A program made the position numbers and the translations under genes. Positions 1 to 8,803 of a DNA stretch of 57,001 bases are shown piece by piece (within the stretch, counting starts at the first letter, position 1; each line of letters begins with the position of its first letter). The notes under the pieces were generated by a model, which saw nothing but the letters and a program-made list of their open reading frames with translations, made no database searches and had not been told where the DNA came from. Source of the DNA: Oscillospiraceae bacterium (GTDB taxonomy: Bacteria; Bacillota; Clostridia; Oscillospirales; Oscillospiraceae); contig CACZXQ010000001.1 in assembly GCA_902785115.1 (NCBI GenBank), forward strand, positions 1-57,001. The letters are read 5' to 3'.

Positions 1-568
1 GAAGTTCGTCCACAACAATGTCTGGGTATGCTTTCGTATCCGGATTGCAGGAATGTAGAATAAACTTTTTGTTTTTCGGATCGAAGCCGAGCTTTTTCAA
101 ATTGTTTTTCCCATCAAAGAGCGCGATAACAAGATCGCCCTCATTTGCGGTTTCCTGTCTTTTCACAAACACATAATCTCCGGGGAAGATGCCCGCGCCG
201 ATCATGCTTTCACCCTTGGCGATCAGAGCAAAGTAATCTCCCTTTTCCACCAGTGTCTCCGGCATGCGGATGTACTCGATAAAGCGCTGCTCCTCTTCCT
301 GCCCGGACCCGCAGGCAACGGTTCCGAGCACCTGCAGCGCATGAATCGGCGCGGCATCCTCCATCATTTTCGTGCGCGCGGTGCGGCGGCCGGAGTAATC
401 CAGCGATCCGTCTTCGCGCATCGAAATGAGATAACGATGTACGGTCGAAAGCGGAATGCCAGTGCCTTCAACGATATCTCTCACAGACGGAACCTCGTCA
501 TGCTCGCAAAAATGCTTGTCGATATACTCCGCGATGATTTCCTTTTTTGATGGATCGATCCGTCGCAT
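1..568 (-). CDS. lexA: LexA-like S24-family repressor (C-terminal end runs off the window start)
   Basis: Own translation of the minus strand from ATG at 568-566 gives MRRIDPSKKEIIAEYIDKHF, then an HTH region, a VACG cleavage-site-like motif, GESM (Ser nucleophile) and LKKL. GGAGG lies just upstream. It is absent from the ORF track because there is no stop inside the window. Confidence 0.75.
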   Translation of the reverse strand, partial: MRRIDPSKKEIIAEYIDKHFCEHDEVPSVRDIVEGTGIPLSTVHRYLISMREDGSLDYSGRRTARTKMMEDAAPIHALQVLGTVACGSGQEEEQRFIEYIRMPETLVEKGDYFALIAKGESMIGAGIFPGDYVFVKRQETANEGDLVIALFDGKNNLKKLGFDPKNKKFILHSCNPDTKAYPDIVVDEL

Positions 569-581
569 AAGGCCTCCTACT

Positions 582-610
582 AAATTCCTCATGCGCCGCA
601 TGAGGAATTT
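582..610. promoter_or_regulatory. Perfect 14-bp inverted repeat (AAATTCCTCATGCG-C-CGCATGAGGAATTT) immediately upstream of the lexA RBS
   Basis: Read directly from the sequence. It lies 14 nt from the lexA start codon. It is either a candidate operator or a 5' UTR hairpin. Confidence 0.5.
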
Positions 611-698
611 TTCGCATCCGTTCCGGTTGCCCCGCCAGGGGCGAGGAACGGGCGTTTTAATAGATTTTTAATTTGGAAGCGAAGCTTTCAAATTAAAA

Positions 699-747
699 AC
701 ACAAGATGTTTCGGTAATGAGAATATACCACGCGAAACATCTCGTGT
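699..747 (-). terminator. Rho-independent terminator downstream of the DUF554 gene
   Basis: 15-bp stem with 1 mismatch (ACACAAGATGTTTCG / CGAAACATCTCGTGT) and a 19-nt loop. On the minus strand it is followed by TTTTTAATTT. Confidence 0.6.
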
Positions 748-841
748 CAATATTGTTTTGAAAATATTTGTTTCTTTTTGTGAGAGCATTTTCTGCTTTT
801 TTTCCACTCTCTTTTCCAGCCAATTGTCGCACGAGCCCACT

Positions 842-1587
842 TTATCCGATCAGCACAGATAGCGCAGGCATAACCGCTGACTCCCAAAGGAGGCTGATTG
901 GCATGATCAGTATCATGGCTGGAAGCATATCTGCAATCGGAAACATTTTAACCTTGATCATTCGGAAACCGGTCGCCAGCATCAATATCCCTCCGCAGGC
1001 TTTGAAATCGGCAATCATACCGGGCGTTGTGTGTGTGGAATGATGACTTCGCCCAACGCAAAGAGAATCGCGAAGAAAACAAATTGGGGAACGGCAACCA
1101 CCGAAACCACCGCACCAAGCGTACAGGCAAAAATCAATGCTGTGAAGAGATCGAGGATAGACTTGGCAAAGAGCACACTGTTATCACCGCTCATACCGGC
1201 CACCATAGAGCCATAGATCCCCGTACCGCTGGCGCAGAACAACACGATTACAGTGAGCAGCGTCGCGTCAAACTCTTCTCTGGAGATCCCGGAGGAATCC
1301 GCCTTGATAAACCGGCTGACAAGCCACTGCATAACACCGCCAGCTCTGTTGATCCGTTCACCCAGTCGGACAGCAAGCCCGATACCCGTCCCGATAATGA
1401 CAGAAAACACCACGGCGGGCATGTTCTGCATCAGAACGATTGTGCTGATGCCCATGGCCATGGAGCAGCAGCCGAAAATCATGTTGATCTTCTCTTTGAA
1501 AGAATCTGTTAATCTGTTTCCAAGCGCAGCGCCGAGCAGGCCGCCGATGGCAACCGAAAGCGCATTGACGATAACTCCGATTGGCAT
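842..1587 (-). pseudogene. DUF554-family membrane protein, out of frame at a (CA)5 repeat
   Basis: The 190-aa ORF 1015-1587 has a DUF554-like N-terminal part and stops at 1015. The -2 frame continues TTPGMIADFKACGGILMLATGFRMIKVKMFPIADMLPAMILIMPISLLWE to a stop at 842-844. Removing one CA unit at 1028-1037 fuses both parts. Confidence 0.7.
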
Positions 1588-1654
1588 TTTTATATTCCTT
1601 CTCTTGCATTTGGTTAGAAAAGACTATATCTGTTTTCTCAGATAACTGGATTCG

Positions 1655-3052
1655 TTATCCTTTGCAAAGACTGTCGATCCACTCGAAAAGGTCAGGCACA
1701 TCGAAGTCGCCGCCGTGCTTTTCTCCCCAGGTCAGGGCATAATCCACATCAAGGCCGAGTTTTTTCAGCGTCAGGGCAAGGATAGCCGGTGTAGCAAAGC
1801 CGATATCCCGGTCGTCTGTTCCCTGGCGGAAGCGCCAGTGCTGTGTCAGCTTACCGCGATCTTTCATGTAATTCAGGGGATTCATCATGCGGATCACATC
1901 TGCGGACGCCATGAGCGGCTCTGCATGTTCACTTCGTTCAAAGCTGAACGCGGTAAAGTGCGCGTTGTCATGTCTCTCATCGCCGAAGAGATTGTTTTCG
2001 AAATTCAGCATGGTTACATCGTCAAAAGGCGGTGCTTCTTTCATGCGTGTAATACCTTTCATGTAAGCGGCGAAATCGACCGAGATCACACGGTCGCCTT
2101 CGACCTGGATTCCCGGCAGCGTGACGTCTTCTCCGCGTTCGAGCGCGCCCTGCGCGGATGCTGTCAGAAGCCCCAAAATATAGTCCTTAAAGCTGCCGTC
2201 TCCGTTTTCGTCAAGCGTCAACACATCACCATTGGGGCCAATCAAGCCGAGACTGTTGAGGTAGGTGGGAAAAAGAGACGCCAATTCGTTTGATAGCGAG
2301 ACCCGCTTTTCCGTCATGATGCCGTCGACAGCAGAAAACTGAGGTCTCCCTCCTTCTCCCATCTTCATGTGCATGCGGTGAAAATCCGGCAGTCCCGCAA
2401 ACTGCCATTCATAGGCAAGATCGGCGTGCTCCAGATCGGTCACCGGGCAATAGCAGGATGCGGCAAACACCTCCGCTTTAGCCTCGGCGGCACCAAGAGC
2501 TTTCAGGTAGGGCTCGTAGTCTGCGGCGTTGTCATAGAAGCCGAGCAAGGCAGAGAGACCGCCACCCGCGCTGGTTCCGTTGGAAATGATATGGTTGATG
2601 TCACCAGGAATGACGTCGGCATTATACCAAAGATAGCGCAGTGCAGCTTTCAAATCGACAATGCCCGCCTGCCCTTTGCCGTAAAAGAATCCATCCTCCG
2701 CCTGGTTTGTGCGGCCGCGAGCACCGGGCGTGGCGACCACATAGCCGTAAATCAGCGCATAAAAGGTGGTACTGGTGTGCCCAAACATCTCGTGCTCCGG
2801 TGTTCTCGGCTCGCTGGGAAAGAAGCCGCCTACGTTATTTCCGAAGAGGATCGGCGCTGTCTGCAGCGTATACCCGTTAATCTCCTCTCCCTGATAATAA
2901 CGCTCCGGAACATAGATGTTGATGCTCTGGAGGGTGGCGTCGATGGGTCTTTCCACATAGATTAGTTTTTCAAATGCGCGATAGGTAACGGCTTTCCCGC
3001 CGTCCTCCATGGTGCGGACCTCGTACTTGTCAGGATCGAATCGCAGGCTCAT
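1655..3052 (-). CDS. Subtype-B tannase (tannin acyl hydrolase), Lactobacillus plantarum TanB-like
   Basis: 465 aa. It carries an NGTSAGG nucleophile elbow, CYCPVTDLEHADLAYEWQF, an HWRFRQGTDDRD block and the C-terminal FEWIDSLC. It appears colinear with the TanB sequence as I remember it. RBS is AGGGGGG. Confidence 0.85.
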   Translation of the reverse strand: MSLRFDPDKYEVRTMEDGGKAVTYRAFEKLIYVERPIDATLQSINIYVPERYYQGEEINGYTLQTAPILFGNNVGGFFPSEPRTPEHEMFGHTSTTFYALIYGYVVATPGARGRTNQAEDGFFYGKGQAGIVDLKAALRYLWYNADVIPGDINHIISNGTSAGGGLSALLGFYDNAADYEPYLKALGAAEAKAEVFAASCYCPVTDLEHADLAYEWQFAGLPDFHRMHMKMGEGGRPQFSAVDGIMTEKRVSLSNELASLFPTYLNSLGLIGPNGDVLTLDENGDGSFKDYILGLLTASAQGALERGEDVTLPGIQVEGDRVISVDFAAYMKGITRMKEAPPFDDVTMLNFENNLFGDERHDNAHFTAFSFERSEHAEPLMASADVIRMMNPLNYMKDRGKLTQHWRFRQGTDDRDIGFATPAILALTLKKLGLDVDYALTWGEKHGGDFDVPDLFEWIDSLCKG

Positions 3053-3428
3053 ATTCCTGCCCCCCTTTTATATGATTCACATAGTCCCGTCAGAAATCGT
3101 TTTGGAGTGTGACTTCTGACCATTCAGGCGATGAATCCATTCAGCATCAGCTGAAGTATCTCCGATAAAGCGACAGCGTCATCGGACTCAGATCTGCTCT
3201 GACGCTGATTTTCTGGTGCTGGATTGTTTTCGTTATTCTATCTTTTATGCTTGCAAACTGAGGCGAATCTTGCATTCCGTAGAGAATATGAAGTTTTGTC
3301 AGAGATTCGATATCGTCGGTAATCGTTTGAAGATCCTGGTCTCGATTCGTGGTCTTTCTCCCCTTCTCTTGTGGTTCGGCGTACACGCACGTATGCGTTA
3401 TGTCCATAACAACACGCTGTACCCGATG

Positions 3429-4541
3429 TTAATTTGACTGACTGGCTGCAGGTCGACGCGTCCGAAAGTCGATCGGCGGAAGCTTGTACATCAGTTCCCC
3501 TGATTCCGGCTCCCGGCTGAATTTCTTCAAATAAGCCCAGGCGATACTCACAAATATGGGATAGATTCCATGCGGCAGGCCCCAAACACTGCAAAACCGA
3601 GCCATCGCACAATTATCCTTGGTCAAATAATCACCGGTATATACAAAGTGCTCCGGCTCTCCGTCATGCCCGCCCTCTTTGTTGATATAGCTTCTCGAGA
3701 AGTGCTGTCCAAAAAACGTTTCTACCCGATCCTTGCCTTCGGATGCATTCATATCATCATAAGAAATCGGCTCATATCCGGGGATTTTCGCCATATGAGT
3801 CAGCCAATAATTCAGATGATCCGCCGCGATTTCATCAGCCAACGGCCAGCGGTCACCACCGTCTGCGGTTCCGCCGACGCAAACAAGCGGCATACGCAGA
3901 TCGGGGTTCTCTGTATACGAGCTTCCCAGCCCATTGACGTCAACCTGATTGAACGCATTTGCGCCTGGAAAGCAGGCCACACCCGCAACTTTTCTGGGGT
4001 GAACCGCGGCTATTTCAAGAGCCGATCCGGAACCTCCGGAGAAACCCATAACATAAACGCGAGATTCATCCATGGGATATCGAGCAGCTTTAAGTTCGTT
4101 CATGATCCGCTCGAATTCCTCCGGGCCATAGAGATTCGGGCAAACATACAGAAACGACTCCTCTGCGATCCGTTCCGCGATCCCGTAGGCCTCAGCGTCA
4201 AAGGACTCCTGACCGCCGCCGTGGCAGAAATATAGGATGGGATAGGTCTTTTCCGCCTCATAGTTCACCGGGCGAATTACGGAATAATAGTTTGCTTCCC
4301 GACGGTTCCTGACTTCGGCAAGATTGCCGGGATAGTAGTCCTTTTTCAGGCCGATCGCAGCCCAGTGCGCTGTGACCGCGTCGTTCATCGGGTCAAGTTT
4401 ATACTGCCCGTAATCTTCGCTCAGTCTCTTAAGCTGACAGTATTCCTCGGACTGTAGAAACGTCTCCACATCAAAGCCCCCATCCGCAAAGCTCATCTGC
4501 CAGGTAAAATCCATCATATGCGGCGCCTTTATATACTCCAT
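3429..4541 (-). CDS. Alpha/beta-hydrolase esterase (PHB-depolymerase / feruloyl-esterase-like family)
   Basis: Start moved to the internal ATG at 4541 (MEYIKAPH), which is preceded by AAAGGAG. It contains CHGGGQ and a GFSGGSGSA nucleophile-elbow motif. Confidence 0.7.
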   Translation of the reverse strand: MEYIKAPHMMDFTWQMSFADGGFDVETFLQSEEYCQLKRLSEDYGQYKLDPMNDAVTAHWAAIGLKKDYYPGNLAEVRNRREANYYSVIRPVNYEAEKTYPILYFCHGGGQESFDAEAYGIAERIAEESFLYVCPNLYGPEEFERIMNELKAARYPMDESRVYVMGFSGGSGSALEIAAVHPRKVAGVACFPGANAFNQVDVNGLGSSYTENPDLRMPLVCVGGTADGGDRWPLADEIAADHLNYWLTHMAKIPGYEPISYDDMNASEGKDRVETFFGQHFSRSYINKEGGHDGEPEHFVYTGDYLTKDNCAMARFCSVWGLPHGIYPIFVSIAWAYLKKFSREPESGELMYKLPPIDFRTRRPAASQSN

Positions 4542-4638
4542 CTTTTCTACTCCTTTTGTCGGAATTGCTCCACAAAGCATACTTTAAGCTGTATATACTT
4601 CTTTCTGCCTGTATGGTATCACTTGAAGTGTCCGTCAA

Positions 4639-4679
4639 CAATTCCGATTACGGGGAAGAGATCGAGGAAATCGAATTGC
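4639..4679. promoter_or_regulatory. Island dyad site 1 (CAATTCCGATT-N19-AAATCGAATTGC) plus esterase promoter
   Basis: The minus strand reads AATCGGAATTGTTG-N17-TACCAT, with the -10 at 4613-4618 and the -35 at 4636-4641. See finding 1. Confidence 0.6.
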
Positions 4680-4698
4680 AAAAATATATAAAGGTACC

Positions 4699-4727
4699 TT
4701 GACAAATGATTTTGGATGTGATATTCT
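4699..4727 (+). promoter_or_regulatory. Sigma-A type promoter of the MarR gene (TTGACA-N17-TATTCT)
   Basis: -35 at 4699-4704 and -10 at 4722-4727. It is bracketed by the direct repeat TAAAGGTACC at 4689-4698 and 4741-4750. Confidence 0.6.
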
Positions 4728-4776
4728 ATGCCACGATAAATAAAGGTACCGAAACATTTTTTGAAAGGATCAACAT

Positions 4777-5523
4777 ATGTCTGAAACAAATAACAAATGT
4801 CCTGGCTGCGGCCGTCACTGTGATTTGAGTGCTCCTAATTGCCCCCGCGGCGAAGCCTATGCGAGAGGCGAGGCCCCGGAAGCGCAGAGCTTTGAGCACA
4901 CTTCACACAGACGCCCTGAGCACGCGGAAGAAAACGAACATCGCAGCGGTCATCGCCATGATCACAGCGGCGAGAATTCCTTCCCTGGATCCCATCACGG
5001 TCACGAGGGGCATGGCCCCAAGCGGCCGAAACTCAGTCCCGAACAGTACGCTACCCTCAGTACCGATGAAAAACTGGGCATTCAGCTCCGTGAACTCGGA
5101 CACATGGGCCGCTTTCATTTGGAGAGCAAAGGCGGGCGGGGCAGGATCTTACACATTCTCGCCCAGGAGGGCGGCATGACCCAGCGTACTTTGACCGAGA
5201 AGCTGGGTATTCAGCCCGGTTCTGCCAGCGAGGTCATCGGCAAGCTGGAGCGCGCCGGTCTGGTTGAACGCCAGGAGAACGCAGAGGATCGCCGCACATC
5301 GGACATCCGGCTGACGGAGCTTGGCCGGGTCCAAAGCACCGAGGCATCCGAGACCCGACCCGATCCGTTTTCCGCTTTGAGTGAAGAGGAGAAGCTGCAG
5401 CTCCTCACCCTTCTGGAAAAGCTCAGTGCCGACTGGAAGGCGCGTTTCCCGCGTGAGCACCACGGACACGGCGAGGGGAAAGCCTCTCACCACAGCGATC
5501 ATTCTGACAAGACTCGTCAATAA
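4777..5523 (+). CDS. MarR-family transcriptional regulator with an N-terminal Cys4 motif and His-rich extensions
   Basis: The winged-HTH core reads ILHILAQEGGMTQRTLTEKLGIQPGSASEVIGKLERAGLVERQENAEDRR. The N-terminus has CPGCGRHCDLSAPNCPRG followed by a His-rich linker, and the C-terminal tail is HHGHGEGKASHHSDHSD. RBS is GAAAGGA. Confidence 0.8.
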   Translation: MSETNNKCPGCGRHCDLSAPNCPRGEAYARGEAPEAQSFEHTSHRRPEHAEENEHRSGHRHDHSGENSFPGSHHGHEGHGPKRPKLSPEQYATLSTDEKLGIQLRELGHMGRFHLESKGGRGRILHILAQEGGMTQRTLTEKLGIQPGSASEVIGKLERAGLVERQENAEDRRTSDIRLTELGRVQSTEASETRPDPFSALSEEEKLQLLTLLEKLSADWKARFPREHHGHGEGKASHHSDHSDKTRQ

Positions 5524-5574
5524 ATCGAACCGGGAATCTGCTCATTCGGGCGGTTTCCGGTCACTTTTATGATG

Positions 5575-5635
5575 CCGTTTTTAAAGTCCATCGTTGAAAA
5601 GGGAATTGAACCACGCCCTGAATTCGCACTATAAT
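5575..5635 (+). promoter_or_regulatory. Island motif site 5 plus promoter of the FMN-dehydrogenase gene
   Basis: CCGTTTTT (5575-5582), then AAAGGGAATTGAAC (-35 TTGAAC at 5606-5611), N18, then TATAAT (5630-5635). Confidence 0.55.
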
Positions 5636-5666
5636 ACAAGTATCAAGGGATAACGGAGGGATTCTT

Positions 5667-6584
5667 ATGACCCAATTCAAGCCCAATAAGCTCGGACCGG
5701 TTGTCATCAAAGCAGCAAGCTCGAACACGCTCTCAGATACTTACCGCGACAGCATTGCCATTTCTTATCAGTTTATCGGAAGCTCGGTTCCGGAAACCCG
5801 CTTTCAGTGGGAAGATCGTGTCTTTTCCACGCCGATCATGGCCGGCCCGATCGGTGGCCCGGAGCGGAAAGGAGAAGACGGAACCTTGAATTATGCACGG
5901 GCAGTCAGAGACGCGGGAGCAGTTTTCTGGACAGGCTATCATGAAAAGGATATCTGGCCCCGTATCCTGTCAGAGGGGATTCCAGCAGTCCGCGTCATCA
6001 AGCCATTGGCCGATTTGAACCGCCTCTTGGAGGAAGTCCGCTTTGACACCGAGCACGGTGCCATCGGTTATGCTACCGATATTAACCACGCGTTGACCGT
6101 ATATGGTGAACTTGATTCGCAGGAGGAGGGGGACTTCGCTCCGAAAACCGTTGAAGATCTCCGACGCATTAACGACGCCTCGCCGCTGCCTTTCTTCATC
6201 AAGGGGATCCTGAGCGTACACGATGCCCTTCTGGCCAAGGAGGCGGGCGTGGCAGGGATCGTGCTGTCCGGCCACAACAACCGCTTCCCCTGCACGGTTC
6301 CTCCGCTTCGCCTGCTGCCGGAGGTACGCAAAGCTGTCGGATCGGAACTGCGTATCTTTATAGATGGCGGCTTGAACAACGGCTATGATGCCTTCAAAGC
6401 ACTGGCCCTCGGTGCTGACGGCGTCTTGACCGCACGGGGTTTGGTTGCAACCTATCTCAAAGACGGCGCAGAAGGCGCGACCAACAAGCTCCTGGAAATG
6501 ACCGCGGAGCTGAAAGGCGCAATGGCCAATACCGGTTCGACCGATTTGCAGCATATCAATTCCGGCGCCCTTGTGTTTCTGTAA
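5667..6584 (+). CDS. FMN-dependent alpha-hydroxy-acid dehydrogenase/oxidase family protein
   Basis: 305 aa with GIVLSGHNNR and IDGGLNNGYDAFKALALGADGV motifs typical of the FMN_dh TIM barrel. RBS is GGAGGG. Confidence 0.7.
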   Translation: MTQFKPNKLGPVVIKAASSNTLSDTYRDSIAISYQFIGSSVPETRFQWEDRVFSTPIMAGPIGGPERKGEDGTLNYARAVRDAGAVFWTGYHEKDIWPRILSEGIPAVRVIKPLADLNRLLEEVRFDTEHGAIGYATDINHALTVYGELDSQEEGDFAPKTVEDLRRINDASPLPFFIKGILSVHDALLAKEAGVAGIVLSGHNNRFPCTVPPLRLLPEVRKAVGSELRIFIDGGLNNGYDAFKALALGADGVLTARGLVATYLKDGAEGATNKLLEMTAELKGAMANTGSTDLQHINSGALVFL

Positions 6585-6603
6585 GTGATCATCATAATAG
6601 AAT

Positions 6604-6635
6604 CGGCTCTTTCCTTAGAAACGAGGACAGAGCCG
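6604..6635. terminator. Bidirectional stem-loop between convergent genes
   Basis: CGGCTCTTTCCT...AGGACAGAGCCG followed by GTTTT. Confidence 0.55.
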
Positions 6636-6643
6636 GTTTTGCA

Positions 6644-8347
6644 TTATAGTTTTGTATCCCAGAAGCCGCAGAAGGGGTCCACCGGGCTGACGCCCTCAAA
6701 GCTCTCTCGTCCGAGAAGTTTGCGGATCACTGCGTCTACCGTATCTTCCTTAAATTTGTAGGCGTTGATAAAGGTCTTGACGCGCGGCACATCGACCAGG
6801 TGATAGGGATTGCCGAAGGAGACGAACACCGTCGGGATCTCACTGAGATAGTTCGGTGCGTCGCGGCCCATGGACGGACCCCAATCCATCCTGCAAACTG
6901 TTTTATTGCTGATGGAGGTCTGATTGGAAACATAGAGGATCCAGTCAAAGCTTTCCTTCACGCTCTCCCATTCCGCGAAAGGCTCGCCTGCTTTGCGCAT
7001 TGTGACAGAAAAACCTTCCTGCTCCAGCTTGTTCTTCATTGTCTCGGCCACCTGCTCGGCACTGCTGCCGAAACCTCGGCCTTCCGCATAGGCGAACAAG
7101 CAGACGCGCTTATGCATATCCGGTGAGAGCGGCAACAGCTTGTCACGATCCTTAACCAAGGTCACCGAGGCGCGGGCGCAGGCTGCGGATAGCTCTTGCC
7201 CTTCCTTCCGTCCAAGTAGAGAGAGGCTCTCATCCAACGGAAGCTGCAGGGTTTTATTCTCCCGCTTTTCCGGGAGGCCAAGAGCAGCCTTGACAGCCAG
7301 TACGCGCAGTACCGCTTCATCCAGCCGTTCTATGGTCAGAAGCCCATCGTGCAGGGCGGTTCTCATGTAGCGGATGTCCTCGTCCATGTTTTCGGTAAAG
7401 AGGATCATGTCACAGCCAGCCATGATCGCCGCAGGCAGCGCCTTCCACCGAGGCAGCAGTTGATCAAAGGCCGTCATGGTGGTCGAGTCGGTGGAGATCA
7501 TACCGTTGAACCCCAGATGTTCGCGCAGAAGGCCAGTCACCAGTTCCTTCGAGGTGCTGGCCGGAAGCATATCTTCATCTTTCAGGGCGGGGTTGATGGC
7601 CCTGGCCAAGGCCGGCTGGAGCATGTGCCCCACCATGGCCGTGAGTACGCCTGCGTCGATACAGCGGCGATAGACCATGCCGAAGCTCTGATTCCATTCC
7701 TCGCAGGAAAGGCTGTTCACGCTGGGGGAAAAATGCTGATCCCGCTCATCCACGCCATCTCCCGGAAAATGCTTCATGGTAGCAGCCATGCCATATGGCT
7801 GCATTTGTCGGATAAACGCCTCGCCAAACGCGGCGACCTGTTTGCTTTTCTCCCCGAACACGCGGGTCGCGATCACGGGATTTCGCCAGTTCATGCCGAT
7901 GTCCACCACCGGCGCAAAGGCCCAGTTCATGCCGACCGCCATGCCCTCGCGCGCTGTGATCTCCCCCATTTTCCCCGCGAGGGAGTCGTCACCGGTTGCG
8001 CCAAGCTCCAGATTGTTGGCGATGTTATGCCCGCCGACAGCGTCCGCGCCTTCTTCAAGATTGCCGGCGATCAGGAGCGGAATCTTTGCCTTTTTCTGGA
8101 TCTCCGCGATCATCGCGTGATTCTTCTCCGCTGCGGAGGGGAGGCACATCACAGCGCCCATCCGGTACCGCTCCACAACAGTCTCCAGACACTCCGTGTC
8201 TCCTGCCCGAATCTCCGCGCAGAAGATCTGACCGATTTTATCCGTGTCATCCATGGCGTTCAGGGTGTTTTCCACCCAATGGATCTGTTCATCGCTCAAA
8301 AAAAAGGGCCTGCTTTTTAAAATCTCATGATGCGTCAAGCCTGTCAC
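6644..8347 (-). CDS. Glycoside hydrolase family 3 protein (beta-glucosidase / beta-N-acetylhexosaminidase-like)
   Basis: 567 aa with KIGQIF, NWAFAPVVDI and KHFPGDGVDERDQH motifs. It is a paralog of ORF 24053-25729. The start is a GTG and is uncertain. Confidence 0.85.
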   Translation of the reverse strand: MTGLTHHEILKSRPFFLSDEQIHWVENTLNAMDDTDKIGQIFCAEIRAGDTECLETVVERYRMGAVMCLPSAAEKNHAMIAEIQKKAKIPLLIAGNLEEGADAVGGHNIANNLELGATGDDSLAGKMGEITAREGMAVGMNWAFAPVVDIGMNWRNPVIATRVFGEKSKQVAAFGEAFIRQMQPYGMAATMKHFPGDGVDERDQHFSPSVNSLSCEEWNQSFGMVYRRCIDAGVLTAMVGHMLQPALARAINPALKDEDMLPASTSKELVTGLLREHLGFNGMISTDSTTMTAFDQLLPRWKALPAAIMAGCDMILFTENMDEDIRYMRTALHDGLLTIERLDEAVLRVLAVKAALGLPEKRENKTLQLPLDESLSLLGRKEGQELSAACARASVTLVKDRDKLLPLSPDMHKRVCLFAYAEGRGFGSSAEQVAETMKNKLEQEGFSVTMRKAGEPFAEWESVKESFDWILYVSNQTSISNKTVCRMDWGPSMGRDAPNYLSEIPTVFVSFGNPYHLVDVPRVKTFINAYKFKEDTVDAVIRKLLGRESFEGVSPVDPFCGFWDTKL

Positions 8348-8362
8348 TCGCTTTCTGTATCG

Positions 8363-8803
8363 TCACGCGATTCCGGAGAGAGCCTCCGTGATGGCGTTAT
8401 AATCCTCGGTTGTTTCCTTTTGATTTGAATGATTATAGATATAGGTATCGTTTTCTGTCCGGATCAGAAGAAACGGCGGTTTTTGCGTATATACGCTGAG
8501 CATTGCTTCCCCGTATTCCTCGATGCTGCAACGGCCATAGCTGAAGTTCCTGTCGCTGCTGCCGTCGAGCGAAATCCACTCACCCAGGCTCTCGATGAGC
8601 CTGACTTCCCGGACTTCCTCGAGCGGGATGAATACGGACTCATACCGGTCAACAGCAAGACCGATCTGGGTGTCGTCCACCTCCGCCGTAACGGTGTGTC
8701 CGCCGCTGGCAAACATTTGCCAGAGCGTATAAAACACAACGACCAGAAGCAGGAGCAGATAGCTTAGCTTTCTGCTGTTTTTTTCTTTCGCTTCCTCGTT
8801 CAT
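8363..8803 (-). CDS. Hypothetical membrane-anchored protein (one N-terminal TM helix)
   Basis: 146-aa ORF whose start overlaps the upstream stop (ATGA). I recognise no family with confidence. Confidence 0.6.
   Translation of the reverse strand: MNEEAKEKNSRKLSYLLLLLVVVFYTLWQMFASGGHTVTAEVDDTQIGLAVDRYESVFIPLEEVREVRLIESLGEWISLDGSSDRNFSYGRCSIEEYGEAMLSVYTQKPPFLLIRTENDTYIYNHSNQKETTEDYNAITEALSGIA

Noticed and set aside
3061-3110. Degenerate copy of the island promoter motif upstream of the tannase (AAACGATTTCTG...TATAAA on the minus strand)
   Set aside because: Only about half of the proximal element matches, there is no distal half-site, and the putative -10 overlaps the RBS. It is not counted as a site.
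3147-3407. 86-aa ORF in the AT-richer 375-bp gap between the tannase and esterase genes
   Set aside because: There is no RBS before its ATG and no recognisable motif. The region more likely holds the tannase promoter/leader or a decayed gene. It is kept only as a note, because the gap is unusually long and low in GC.
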